Assembly (NCBI GenBank): GCA_965242725.1
Contig: CBDESZ010000018.1
Span: 384,001 to 448,000 of the forward strand
Reading direction: 5' to 3'
Source of the DNA: Alkalispirochaeta sp.
Lineage (GTDB): Bacteria > Spirochaetota > Spirochaetia > DSM-27196 > Alkalispirochaetaceae
Length of the DNA: 64,000 bases
The position numbers and the translations under genes were made by a program. The notes beneath the pieces are model-generated. The model did no database searches and had not been told where the DNA came from. It was given only the letters and a program-made list of their open reading frames with translations. Below are positions 11,201 through 20,333 of this stretch, piece by piece. Position 1 is the first letter of the stretch; the number at the start of each line of letters is the position of its first letter.

Positions 11201-11654
11201 CCGTTCACCCGTCGCGGATGCCGCGTATGCGTCGGTGGATCGACCATTCATCGCCACAAAGGGAGAAAGCGGCGAGTCGCTGCGGGTTCCCCACGAAATT
11301 GATGTTCCCATTACAATGGATGGACCGGCGGTCTACCTGGAAGCGGTTCGGGCGATGATGCAGGCCCTCTCGTCCGGTGCCGATGCGGCAGGAATCAAGG
11401 CCGACGCCCTGGACCTCTACATTCCACATCAGGCCAATCAGCGAATCATCAACGCCATCCGTCAACGCCTCAAGGTTCCCCATGATCGGATGTACAGCAA
11501 CATCGCCGATAACGGAAACACCTCTTCAAGCACGATACCGATTTGTCTCAATGAACTGCTCCCTGACGGCTCCGGCGGCGGGCAGGTGTGGGGTATCACC
11601 GCATTCGGCGGGGGATTCACATACGGCGGTGCGTTACTGCGTACGCTGTCATAG
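8259..11654 (+). CDS. Fusion: 2-oxoacid dehydrogenase E1alpha + E1beta + lipoyl domain + 3-oxoacyl-ACP synthase III (FabH-like)
   Basis: One continuous ORF. TPP motif GEG...QDNKYAIS; E1beta GEDI, LQFADF, THED; lipoyl EADKA (Lys codon 10413); FabH triad DINAACSG (Cys 11028), PHQAN (His 11427), GNTSS (Asn 11517); C-terminal AFGGG. Confidence 0.92.
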   Translation: MVTDKFNNTEVLRSLYSTMVTARHMDLIEQSYTSRGEAFFHVSGAGHEGSIALFPHLTEHDWLHCHYRDKALMLARGISPYMFFLSLFNKDESHSRGRQMNAHMSDPERKVLSIVGPVGNSALQAVGVAEMVKDDETNPLVLCALGEGMTQESEVLEAIGHAVRETLPVLFVVQDNKYAISTKTTGKTFYSRPSGEADEFYGVPITRIDGRKVPDAVTHFGTLVDAIRRDRGPRIVIFEVERLHNHTNADDQRVYRNPDEIAAAAETGDPVALLRAQLMAAGVNEDELTTEEEEIRTRLEGEARRAQMSAEPTPVHGAKAPLPARLEERSGEYTGDGEDSLVMLEAIREVLDARMAQDDRVTLFGEDIEDPKGDVFGITRGLGKKYGKRIRNSPLSESLILGVSIGRALAGGRPVAFLQFADFLPIAYNQIFSELGSMYWRSDGGWKVPLIVMVTAGGYRPGLGPFHASTLEALVAHTPGVDVVMPSTAGDAAGLLNAAFESERPTIFFYPKNQLNDRARMTSSDVARQIVPLGVSRRVREGSDLTIVAYGNTVPLAQRAADELADQGVSVDLLDLRSIVPWDEDGVLKSVDRTGRLIVTHEDNHTAGFGAEVIATIAEKSRRHIAARRVTRGDTYVPCNFGNQLDVLPSYKRILETAVELLGGSIVWKRDDAAESGVFEVEAIGSSPSDETVTVVEWKVKPGDVVKEGDLLADVEADKAATELKSPVSGTVSELIIEEGDNVPVGTPILRVKTAENEPVHVKPLTRENPGTPVITGIGRDEGDAPGGSTPAASSVPVAATVRRVDGPVCLIAGTAVRKGSRIVENAEIATMTPDWEGDDIEKRTGIARRHWVVPGEDTLTLAVDASRELLDSKEIDISDIGLIIFSTGTPTSTTPSMAALLQHALNTEGVDISCPAYDINAACSGYIYGLQIAWDFLSNSPDRLVLLVTSEVLSPRLDMRDGGTAPIFGDAATATLIGGSRSPVADAAYASVDRPFIATKGESGESLRVPHEIDVPITMDGPAVYLEAVRAMMQALSSGADAAGIKADALDLYIPHQANQRIINAIRQRLKVPHDRMYSNIADNGNTSSSTIPICLNELLPDGSGGGQVWGITAFGGGFTYGGALLRTLS

Positions 11655-11754
11655 CGAGCTATTCGGGCAGGGTCGCCCACACCGTGCGACGACTCACCAC
11701 GGCGTGTAACACCACCGGCGATCGTCCGTCCGGACGAGCAAACCGACGGGACAT

Positions 11755-11793
11755 AAAAAAACCCCGGGGCAAAGGAGGTGAAATCCCCGGGGT
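11755..11793 (-). terminator. Intrinsic terminator (GC stem + U7) with anti-SD sequence in the loop
   Basis: Stem ACCCCGGGG(11761-69)/CCCCGGGGT(11785-93). The A7 run at 11755-61 gives a U-tract on the minus strand. The loop contains UUCACCUCCUUU. Confidence 0.65.
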
Positions 11794-11879
11794 GTACGTC
11801 ATTGGTACTTGCTTGGTCTATCGTTTATAACAACACACGGCGTGGGTGGTTACACCATCGACACCGATTTTTTCTTTTT

Positions 11880-12527
11880 TCATCCCTCCGGTTTGAGAAT
11901 CGCCGGAGGTTCTTCTCCTTCCGGAACAAATACAAGCGCGGCGGAATTGAGGCAGTAGCGCAGACCCGTCGGTTCAGGTCCGTCGGGAAAAACGTGGCCT
12001 AAATGGGAGCCACTCATACTGTCGACGACTTCGATGCGTACCATGCCATGACCACGGTCGACGTTATACCGGACCGCATCGGGAGACAGGGGTTCATAAA
12101 AACTGGGCCAGCCGGAACCGCTGTCGTATTTTGCGTCCGAGCTGAACAGGGGCTGTCCCGTTGCCGCGGAGTAATAGACACCCTTTTCCTTGTTTCCGTT
12201 CAGGACGCCGGTGAACGGTGCTTCCGTACCCTTTTCCCGCATAATCCGGAACTGACTGTCGGTGAGACGCTCTTTCCACTCCTCTTCCGTGAGTACCACG
12301 GGAAAACTTCCATCCACTGGAAATGACTCAACCAGTTCCCGTTCCCTGGGACTGAGGCTGTTTTGAATTGCCTTATCGATCGCTCTATCCTCCTCGTCAC
12401 TGAGACGATTGCTCTCAATGTCCTGTTCCGCAGGAACTGTTGCACTATCAATCCTCCCCCGGGCGTACACCCCTGATGCGAGGACGACGAAACTCAGGAC
12501 AACCAGCCAACCGTCACGGACACACAT
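11880..12527 (-). CDS. msrB: Peptide-methionine (R)-S-oxide reductase MsrB with signal peptide
   Basis: [34 protein letters not shown]; hydrophobic N-terminus. Confidence 0.93.
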   Translation of the reverse strand: MCVRDGWLVVLSFVVLASGVYARGRIDSATVPAEQDIESNRLSDEEDRAIDKAIQNSLSPRERELVESFPVDGSFPVVLTEEEWKERLTDSQFRIMREKGTEAPFTGVLNGNKEKGVYYSAATGQPLFSSDAKYDSGSGWPSFYEPLSPDAVRYNVDRGHGMVRIEVVDSMSGSHLGHVFPDGPEPTGLRYCLNSAALVFVPEGEEPPAILKPEG

Positions 12528-12561
12528 GGTTTTCTTCTTCAGGTAAAAATATAACGATGAA

Positions 12562-15153
12562 TTACGGTGAGGGAAAATCGCGGGAGAAATCGTCGGAAGA
12601 GATGAATTGACGGAAACGTTCTATTTCCCGACGTACGGCGGGAATATTCTCGAGAGCACCGGGGGCGTCATTTTCCATACAGAGATCTTCAACAACCTTG
12701 GCGGCGGCTCCCAGATCGTGACAGCTGAGATTCCACGCGCCGCCCTTTATCGCATGAATGACGATACGCGCGTCCGATATCCTGTCACCGTGTATGAGCT
12801 CTTCAACTGAATCGATTTGGCCGGGAAGACGTTCTGCAAAGGCTTCGCTCACTTCCTTTGCGGTCTTTATGTCGCCGAGGAACGACGCGATCGTATCGGG
12901 AAAATCCATCGGCGGGCCGGCACCGGCGGCATCCGCACCCGCCCCTGTGAAGTACGCATCAGCGGAGTCCCCTCCACCGGCGTCAGGTATCTGAGGTGCC
13001 GATTCCCGTTCCTCTTCCAGCTCTTCAAGCTCTTCCAGCTCTTCAAGCTCTTCGAGGGGTTCCAGTTCCTCAAGGTCAGCAGGATCTTCACCCTCACGCG
13101 CCGGCTCCGTGGTAAGCTCCGCCGTTGTCTCCACCTTCGAAGAGCCTGAACCCCGAGTTCCAGACTCCTCAAGGAAAAAACCGGCGTCCTGAAGCCGACG
13201 AATGACATCTTCAATATCATTGCGCTTGAACGGCTTCGCCATGTACTCATTCATTCCCGCCCGGATGCAGCGATCCCGGTCACCGGAAAGGGCGTTGGCC
13301 GTCACCGCGACGATGGGAACATCAAATCCCAGCTCCCTGATACGTATCGTCGCATCAAAACCGTTGAGAGTCGGCATTTGCACATCCATGAATACGAGGC
13401 CGATCCCGGGATTCCTCTGCATTTCCGCGACCGCCTCGGTTCCATCGGATGCGACGATAGTTTCAAAGCCAAGTTTTTCGAGAATCGCCTGAAAGAGCCG
13501 TTGGTTGACGAAGTGGTCTTCCGCCACCAGAACGGTCCGCGGGCGTCCGTCGATCGGGACGGACCGTCCGGAAAACGTTCCTTCACCGTCCACCGCTTCC
13601 AGCTCTTCAATTTCATCGGAAAATATGGATTCCACAGTTTCCTTCAGCTCACGGGGCTTGACCGGTTTATTGATATAGCCCTTGAACCATCCGAGAAGCT
13701 TCATCTTGGCGTCACCGGAGCTGATGCCGGTGGGGCTCATGAGCACCAGGGGTATCGCATCGAAGCGGGAATCGTTGCGTATTTCCGACGCCAGTTGCCA
13801 CCCGTCCATACTCGGCAGACGGAGATCGAGGAATATGACTTGCGGCTCCCTTCCTTCTTCCGACGTCTCCGCCAGGAGGGTAAGTGCTTCAGGGGCGTCC
13901 TGCGCCGCCGTCGTCTCGGCTCCCCATCTGCGGAGATACTTGATAACCACGTCGCGGCTCGACTGGTTGTCGTCAACGATGAGCGTGCGAAATGCGGGTG
14001 GTGCCCCCTTGGGGCGGAGAAGTTCACTCGTTTCTGTATCAGCCCCCTCCATGGGGACGACAAACCAGAAGTTGGATCCCACACCGGGTTTGCTCTTTAC
14101 ACCGATTCGTCCGCCCATCATATCAACGAGGTCCCGAGAAATTGAGAGTCCAAGGCCGGTACCGCCGAAGCGACGCGTTGTCGACGCATCGACCTGGGAA
14201 AAGGGTTTAAAGAGACGGTCCTGCCGCTCCTGGGGTATGCCGATACCGCTGTCCCGCACCTGTACGAGAAGGTGGGGAGATTTCTTCCTGCGACTCAGTC
14301 CTGCAGATATGCGAATCTGACCATCCTCGGTGAACTTGACGGCGTTGTTCACCAGATTGACGATGATCTGTCGTATGCGGCTCGGGTCTCCGACGGAGGT
14401 TCTCGGCAGGTCCGGTTCCGTCCACAGGACAACCTCCAGCCCCTTCTTGTGGGCCTGCATGCTGACCATATCGACGGCGTCCTCGATCATTTTCACCGGT
14501 TCAAAGGTTATCGATTCAAGTTGCAGTCGCCCCGCCTCAATCTTTGAGAAATCGAGGATGTCACTTATCAGTCCGAGAAGCACTTCACTGGCAAACTGAA
14601 TCTGCTGCAGGTATTCCAGCTGCTCCTCATCCAGCCCGGTGTCCCGCATCAACTCGGCCATTCCGTTTATTGTGTGCAGGGGCGTCCGGATTTCGTGGCT
14701 CATGTTGGCGAGAAAGGCGCTCTTCGTCTGGGTCGCCGCCTCGGCCGATTCTTTTGCCTGTCGCAGTTCATCTTCGTTGTTTTTTTGAGACGTGATATCG
14801 TCGACAACGGCAATCATAAAGGGAGAACTGTCCGCGGGACGGACCGCCCGCATGTCGACCCGCCACCACGCTACTTCTCCCGTTCTTCTTCTGCACCGGG
14901 AAACGACCTGAAAATTGCTGCGCTCCCCTTCAACGGTCTCGGAAAAGAGCTGCTGGAAGAGAGCGGCGTCCTCGTGATGGGAGTAGGCGGTGAGGAACCC
15001 TCCGACGAGGTCGTTCTCACCACGTCCGAGAAACTGCCGTACCGCATTGTTTGCGTACTGAATCCGGCCGCCCGCATCCATGACGACAATCCCGATGGGA
15101 GATTGTTCGAAAACGACGCGAAACTGTCGTCCGAATGGTGAACGGTCACTCAT
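12562..15153 (-). CDS. Cytoplasmic hybrid sensor kinase PAS-HisKA-HATPase-REC-REC-Hpt
   Basis: [34 protein letters not shown], two receiver domains (FLDLRLP, FMDVQMP), Hpt HAIKGGA. Confidence 0.93.
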   Translation of the reverse strand: MSDRSPFGRQFRVVFEQSPIGIVVMDAGGRIQYANNAVRQFLGRGENDLVGGFLTAYSHHEDAALFQQLFSETVEGERSNFQVVSRCRRRTGEVAWWRVDMRAVRPADSSPFMIAVVDDITSQKNNEDELRQAKESAEAATQTKSAFLANMSHEIRTPLHTINGMAELMRDTGLDEEQLEYLQQIQFASEVLLGLISDILDFSKIEAGRLQLESITFEPVKMIEDAVDMVSMQAHKKGLEVVLWTEPDLPRTSVGDPSRIRQIIVNLVNNAVKFTEDGQIRISAGLSRRKKSPHLLVQVRDSGIGIPQERQDRLFKPFSQVDASTTRRFGGTGLGLSISRDLVDMMGGRIGVKSKPGVGSNFWFVVPMEGADTETSELLRPKGAPPAFRTLIVDDNQSSRDVVIKYLRRWGAETTAAQDAPEALTLLAETSEEGREPQVIFLDLRLPSMDGWQLASEIRNDSRFDAIPLVLMSPTGISSGDAKMKLLGWFKGYINKPVKPRELKETVESIFSDEIEELEAVDGEGTFSGRSVPIDGRPRTVLVAEDHFVNQRLFQAILEKLGFETIVASDGTEAVAEMQRNPGIGLVFMDVQMPTLNGFDATIRIRELGFDVPIVAVTANALSGDRDRCIRAGMNEYMAKPFKRNDIEDVIRRLQDAGFFLEESGTRGSGSSKVETTAELTTEPAREGEDPADLEELEPLEELEELEELEELEEERESAPQIPDAGGGDSADAYFTGAGADAAGAGPPMDFPDTIASFLGDIKTAKEVSEAFAERLPGQIDSVEELIHGDRISDARIVIHAIKGGAWNLSCHDLGAAAKVVEDLCMENDAPGALENIPAVRREIERFRQFISSDDFSRDFPSP
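13010..13075 (-). repeat. Coding 9-bp tandem repeat (LEE/ELE) in the kinase linker
   Basis: Repeated ctcttc(c/a)ag units on the plus strand encode [22 protein letters not shown]. Confidence 0.7.
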
Positions 15154-15155
15154 GG

Positions 15156-16424
15156 CTAAAAGTTCAGCTGAAGGATTTCCGACGCCTTCTGACGAATCGT
15201 CTGCGGTTTCAGTGGTTTGATCATGTAGCTCGACACGCCCAGTTGCAGAGTCTGCAGGATCGTTTCACGCTTGGAGAGGGCCGAAAGGACGATCACCGGA
15301 GGGTGACGCTCCCGTTCAGAGAGCTGCTGAAGGACCTGGAACCCGTCCACCTCGGGCATCAGCAGATCGAGAAACACAAGATCCGAGTTCATTCCGTTTA
15401 CCCCGTCGAGAAACTCCCTTCCGTTATTGTACCTGTCGATGACAAACCGGGTATCCGAAAAAGCGGTCTTTATGAGTTCCTGTATGATCTCATCGTCGTC
15501 GACGATTGAAATTCGAATCGAATCTCCGAGGGAGGCGAGATCAAAATTGTGTGTCTGCTCCGCCTTGAAACGGAGGTTGATTGACTCCTCCCGCTGTTTC
15601 TTCGGCGCACTTGCCTGAACGACATTCGCAAAATTGACCGACCCCTCGCCCTTTCTGTCATGTTCTTGAGTGTCACCCTTCTTCACCAGCAGACCGTCCA
15701 TTGCCTGCTCAAGGCTGTCGGTAACTTCAATTCCCTCATATTCCTGTCGATTATCCAGGAACTCCCTGACGTATTCGCTCTGGGTCAGCACTTTGGTGTA
15801 CTTCTTCATCGTTCCGGTGGTATTCAGGATTGTGGAAAAGAGGGTGTTCAGTTTTATGGAATCGGTAGTGGAAACTTCGATGCTCGTCATCATGACCAGC
15901 ACCTTCGGCATTTTCAGTTCATACAGCTCGAGGAGTTCCCTCAGCTTGTACCTCAGGAGATCTATCTTCTCCCGGTTGAGTCCCTGGGCTATCTCAATGA
16001 AAAGGATATCTTCATTGACATGGGTCTCGATGATACACGGCGTCTCGTCAATTGAAATAGGCACACCCATGACTTCGCTCACGCTCTGAAGGAGGGTGTC
16101 CACATTGATCGGTTTGCGTAACAGCTTCTTTACGTTGTAGCGCGCGATTTCCACGAGGGCATCCCGATCCACCTTGGCGGAGGCGATAATCACCGGAATA
16201 TGCCGGATATTTGGATCCTCGTTCTTTTCCCTGAGCATCTCCGCCGCCGATTTTCGGGAGAGCTGATAGTCTGTGATTATGAGATCGGGATTCACGGAAC
16301 GAATCTTTGAGCCGCCGTCAAGCCCGCTGACGGCGGTGGCGACGTCAAAACCGTAGTAACGTAATGTCTTTTTCAGATATTCCCTGAAAAGCTGCGATTC
16401 ATCAATTACGAGTATTTTTTTCAC
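15156..16424 (-). CDS. Response regulator with N- and C-terminal receiver domains and an unassigned central domain
   Basis: KILVIDES...LIITDYQL...KP and ISIVDDD...FLDLLMP...IKP; ends 2 bp before the kinase start. Confidence 0.85.
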   Translation of the reverse strand: MKKILVIDESQLFREYLKKTLRYYGFDVATAVSGLDGGSKIRSVNPDLIITDYQLSRKSAAEMLREKNEDPNIRHIPVIIASAKVDRDALVEIARYNVKKLLRKPINVDTLLQSVSEVMGVPISIDETPCIIETHVNEDILFIEIAQGLNREKIDLLRYKLRELLELYELKMPKVLVMMTSIEVSTTDSIKLNTLFSTILNTTGTMKKYTKVLTQSEYVREFLDNRQEYEGIEVTDSLEQAMDGLLVKKGDTQEHDRKGEGSVNFANVVQASAPKKQREESINLRFKAEQTHNFDLASLGDSIRISIVDDDEIIQELIKTAFSDTRFVIDRYNNGREFLDGVNGMNSDLVFLDLLMPEVDGFQVLQQLSERERHPPVIVLSALSKRETILQTLQLGVSSYMIKPLKPQTIRQKASEILQLNF

Positions 16425-16495
16425 CGTCTCCGCCTTAGGGTCGATATTATCGATTTACTTCTTTCAAAAATCAAGGGTATCGCTATAATTGCCCC

Positions 16496-18352
16496 ATGAC
16501 ACACGACCGACGTGAACCCAGAGATAATGGCAGTACCGGGGAACTCTTACCGGAACCGGCACCCCCGGATTCCCGGACAACCGCCCTCTCCAATATGGTT
16601 CTCAGCGCATCGGGATGGCGCGCCGTATTCGGCGGCGACGACAACTCCCTCTCCCCCGCCATCTCCCCGGCGCATCGCGACCTCATCATGGTTGCCGCCC
16701 GCGTCTTTGCCGATCTCGTCCGATCGGCGCATTCCGATCGGACCCGGCGCCCCTCAATCGTCGTGGCAACCGATACGCGCCCGACGGGGCCGGCAATCGC
16801 GGATACTGCAATTCGCACCTTTCTCGCCTCCAGCGTTGATGTGAAGTGGCTGGGCGTCTCTGCCGCTCCCGAGGTCATGTCATTTACAAAAGTGACCGAT
16901 GGCTGTGACGCATTCTTCTATATATCCGCCAGCCACAATCCACCCGGCCATAACGGATTGAAACTCGGCCTTGCCGACGGCGCCGTCCTTCCCCATACCG
17001 CCGCAACTCCCCTGATCGCGCGCTTCAGGGATCTGGCCGTCAACGCAGAGTTTGTCCACTCACTCCTCACCGACGTTGCCGCCCTCCCACCGTCGATGCC
17101 GGAAGCTGTGTATGAGCAGCAGAAGAAGTGGAAGGCAGCCGCGCTCGATGGGTACCTCGCGTTCTCTTTCCTTGTCGGAACGTCACCCGGAGACTCGCCC
17201 GATTCCCTCGACAGGCGCCGGTTTACAGACGTGGTGACCGGTGAACTACGGAAACGGCCCCTCGGAATTGTGGCGGAGCTCAACGGGAGCGCCCGCTCCC
17301 TTTCGGTAGACAAAGAACTTCTCGCCGAGCTGGGAGTAAAGACTGCCTTTCACAACGACAAACCCGGTGTTTTCGCCCATCAGATACTCCCGGAAGGTGC
17401 CGGACTGAAGGACGCCCGGGAGCTGCTGGAGCGTTATCACCGGATGGACCGGTCGTTTCAAATCGCATATGTGCCGGACAATGACGGCGATCGGGGTAAT
17501 CTCGTCTTCTACGACGCCGCCGTCGAAAAGGCTGTTGCCCTCGATGCGCAGAGTGTTTTTGCGCTGGTTGTGTCGATTCAGCTGGCGTGGCTGCGGTACA
17601 TCGGCGTCAGCGGCGATCGAATAGCCGTCGTCGCCAACGGGCCTACGTCGTTACGAATCGACAGAATCTGCTCATCCTTCGGAGCGCGCCTCTTTCGGGC
17701 GGAGGTCGGTGAAGCAAACGTCGTCTCCCTCGCGGAACGCCTTACCGGCGAAGGTTGGACGGTCGCCGTTCTTGGAGAAGGTTCCAACGGCGGAAATATA
17801 ACGCCCCCGGCCACGGTCAGGGACCCCATGAGCACGCTGCTGGCGCTCATTAAAATGCACGCCTTCGGCCTCGCAGCCTACGTGGACGACGCCCTGAACA
17901 AGGAGAGCGGGTTTCTCGACCTCCTGCGACGACTGCCGACTTTTTCCACGATCGCCACCGATGATGAACGGGCAAAACTGAAGGTCCCCGATATTTCCCA
18001 CGGGGAGCTGAAAACGGCGTATGAAGAGAATATGGAGAAGACGATACAACCCCTTCTTACGGTACTGTCCCGTGAGTACGGCGGGTCAATTGCCTACAGG
18101 ATCATCAACTATGAAGGTACCGAGACGATGGAAGGCGCAGGAAACAGAAGCAGCGCCGCCCGGGGCGGTCTCAAGGTCGTCTTCTCAACGGAGAAACGGG
18201 AGGACGTGGCATCTCTCTGGATGCGCGGCAGCGGTACGGAACCGGTTTTTCGGATCCTTGCCGACTGTTACGGAACCAACGAAACCCTTCTGAATGAACT
18301 GATTCAGTGGCAGCGAGCGGCAGTCATGAAGGCGTGCGGCATCGGTCAATAG
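16496..18352 (+). CDS. Phosphoglucomutase/phosphomannomutase family phosphohexomutase
   Basis: DTRPTG, SASHNP phosphoserine loop, DNDGDR metal loop, RGSGTEP. Confidence 0.9.
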   Translation: MTHDRREPRDNGSTGELLPEPAPPDSRTTALSNMVLSASGWRAVFGGDDNSLSPAISPAHRDLIMVAARVFADLVRSAHSDRTRRPSIVVATDTRPTGPAIADTAIRTFLASSVDVKWLGVSAAPEVMSFTKVTDGCDAFFYISASHNPPGHNGLKLGLADGAVLPHTAATPLIARFRDLAVNAEFVHSLLTDVAALPPSMPEAVYEQQKKWKAAALDGYLAFSFLVGTSPGDSPDSLDRRRFTDVVTGELRKRPLGIVAELNGSARSLSVDKELLAELGVKTAFHNDKPGVFAHQILPEGAGLKDARELLERYHRMDRSFQIAYVPDNDGDRGNLVFYDAAVEKAVALDAQSVFALVVSIQLAWLRYIGVSGDRIAVVANGPTSLRIDRICSSFGARLFRAEVGEANVVSLAERLTGEGWTVAVLGEGSNGGNITPPATVRDPMSTLLALIKMHAFGLAAYVDDALNKESGFLDLLRRLPTFSTIATDDERAKLKVPDISHGELKTAYEENMEKTIQPLLTVLSREYGGSIAYRIINYEGTETMEGAGNRSSAARGGLKVVFSTEKREDVASLWMRGSGTEPVFRILADCYGTNETLLNELIQWQRAAVMKACGIGQ

Positions 18353-18378
18353 CGGCGCTCCCCACATCCCTCGGTCTT

Positions 18379-19272
18379 CTACGACCCGGCGACTACGGTT
18401 TCACCCTTCTTCCCGATGCGACGGACCAGCCCCTCCCGCTCCAGATCGGCAAGTGCATCCTCCACATCGTCGGGAGAGAAACCGGTATACGCGGGAAGGT
18501 TCTCCGCCACCACCATTTGATGCTGATTGACCAGACCGACAATCCGTCCGCGAAGCTGTCTGCGGCTGCGTTCAAAGGTACTCTGCCGTACGTAGTGGGC
18601 GCTCCTTCTGTTCGCGTTGACCGCCGTTTTCGGCAGGAGCGATCCGGTGTCCATGAGAGCCCAGTACCACTCCCGGGGATTCTCCCGACATAACGATTTC
18701 TCAATGAGAGGGAGGATTTCCCGGTCGTGGATCGCTCCGGCGACATCGGAGAAGAAGGCCGTGAGAAATACGCGCCGAATATTTGTCTCTATGAAAACAA
18801 CGGGGCGGTTGTAGGCAAATGCGGCGATCGAACCCGCCGTGTTGGGTCCGATGCCGGGAAGGGCGACAAGAGTCTCCGGCGTCTCCGGTACGACACCGTC
18901 ATGGTCCTCGACCACGAGCTGCGCGGAACGGTGAAGGTACCGGGCACGCCGGTTGTATCCCAGCCCGCTCCACATCTTCAGGACCTCTCCGAATGGCGCC
19001 TCAGCCAGGTCGGAAAGGGTCGGAAACCGGTCGATAAAGGAGAGAAACTTCTCCTTCACCCGCTCCACCTGTGTCTGTTGCAACATGATCTCGGACACGA
19101 GTATCCAATAGGGATCGGTATTGCTCCGCCACGGCATCGGTCGCTGCAGGGTACGGTACGTTGTCCACACGAGATCCCGAAAGTGATTACGGTCGGTGTC
19201 GCTGTCAAACCGGAATGGGCGCTTCGTCAGCTCCGCTGCGGGTGACTCGACGGCGGAAGGTTCCTTCTCCAT
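18379..19272 (-). CDS. mutY: A/G-specific adenine glycosylase MutY-like, lacking the Fe-S cluster cysteines
   Basis: PWR, VSEIMLQQTQV, WSGLGYNRRA, HhH LPGIGPNTA, WALMDTG; no CX6CX2CX5C. Confidence 0.85.
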   Translation of the reverse strand: MEKEPSAVESPAAELTKRPFRFDSDTDRNHFRDLVWTTYRTLQRPMPWRSNTDPYWILVSEIMLQQTQVERVKEKFLSFIDRFPTLSDLAEAPFGEVLKMWSGLGYNRRARYLHRSAQLVVEDHDGVVPETPETLVALPGIGPNTAGSIAAFAYNRPVVFIETNIRRVFLTAFFSDVAGAIHDREILPLIEKSLCRENPREWYWALMDTGSLLPKTAVNANRRSAHYVRQSTFERSRRQLRGRIVGLVNQHQMVVAENLPAYTGFSPDDVEDALADLEREGLVRRIGKKGETVVAGS

Positions 19273-19277
19273 ACCCC

Positions 19278-20333
19278 CTATCCGTGTCGCTTTACAGACT
19301 TCTCCGCCTTCCGTTTGATGCGATTCCAGATACCCGACATCCCCATTGCCTTGCGAACTTCCTGCAGTGTTTCCCGTGCCACAGTTCGCATCGTCTCCGT
19401 TCCCCGGTAGATAACCTCGTCCACCAGCCCCGATTGGCGGGCGTATTCTTCCCGCTTCTCCCTGATGGGATCGAGAAAGGCATTGAGTGCCGCGGCAAGC
19501 TTTTCCTTGACCTCAACATCACCGACTCGTCCCGCCCGGTACCGTTCCTTCAGGTCCCGTACCTCTTCTCGATCGGGATTGAAGACGTCGTGATAGCTGA
19601 AAACCGGGTTCCCCTCGACCGTGCCGGGCACGTCCGCGCTGATCCTGTTGGGATCGGTATACATTCCCCGGACTTTCCTGTTCACCGTCGCGCCGTCGTC
19701 GGAAAGCATAATGGCGTTGTTGAGAGACTTTGACATCTTTGACGCGCCGTCGGTCCCGACGAGGGTGGGAACATCGCCTACCATGACATCCGGGACCGGG
19801 AAGACGTCACCGTAGAGATAGTTAAAACGACGGGCAATCTCCCGTGTCAGTTCCACATGCGCCTCATTGTCCTTGCCGACCGGAACGAGGTGGGCTCGGG
19901 GCAGCAGAATATCGGCGCTCTGCAGGACGGGATAGCCAAGCAATCCAAACGGCATTTCCGTCAGATTGGCGTTCCGGGCCATATCCTTCAGGCTGGGAAG
20001 ACGCTGCAGCCGGGGTACGGTGACCAGCATCTCCAGAAGAAGATTGAGTTCATAAATTTCCGGCACGGCACTTTGGAGATAGATCGTCGACCGCTCCGGA
20101 TCGATCCCGACGGAGAGATAGTCAAGGACCATGTCACGTGCGTTTTGCGCGATTTCATCGATGGCGCTCTTCTCCGGCCGCGTCGTCAGGGTATGGAGAT
20201 CTGCGATGATGAAATAACACTCATATTCATCCTGCAGTCGAACGCGGTTCTGCAGCGATCCTACATAATGTCCGAGGTGAAGTTTTCCCGTCGGCCGGTC
20301 TCCCGTAAGGATTCGTTTCTTCTGCTCACTCAC
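19278..20333 (-). CDS. trpS: Tryptophan-tRNA ligase
   Basis: [13 protein letters not shown] (HIGH), [24 protein letters not shown] start chosen from the upstream GAGG. Confidence 0.95.
   Translation of the reverse strand: MSEQKKRILTGDRPTGKLHLGHYVGSLQNRVRLQDEYECYFIIADLHTLTTRPEKSAIDEIAQNARDMVLDYLSVGIDPERSTIYLQSAVPEIYELNLLLEMLVTVPRLQRLPSLKDMARNANLTEMPFGLLGYPVLQSADILLPRAHLVPVGKDNEAHVELTREIARRFNYLYGDVFPVPDVMVGDVPTLVGTDGASKMSKSLNNAIMLSDDGATVNRKVRGMYTDPNRISADVPGTVEGNPVFSYHDVFNPDREEVRDLKERYRAGRVGDVEVKEKLAAALNAFLDPIREKREEYARQSGLVDEVIYRGTETMRTVARETLQEVRKAMGMSGIWNRIKRKAEKSVKRHG

Noticed and set aside
11778..12002. 74-aa plus-strand ORF after the strong SD
   Set aside because: Its GTG lies inside the SD itself, and the ORF runs antisense into msrB.
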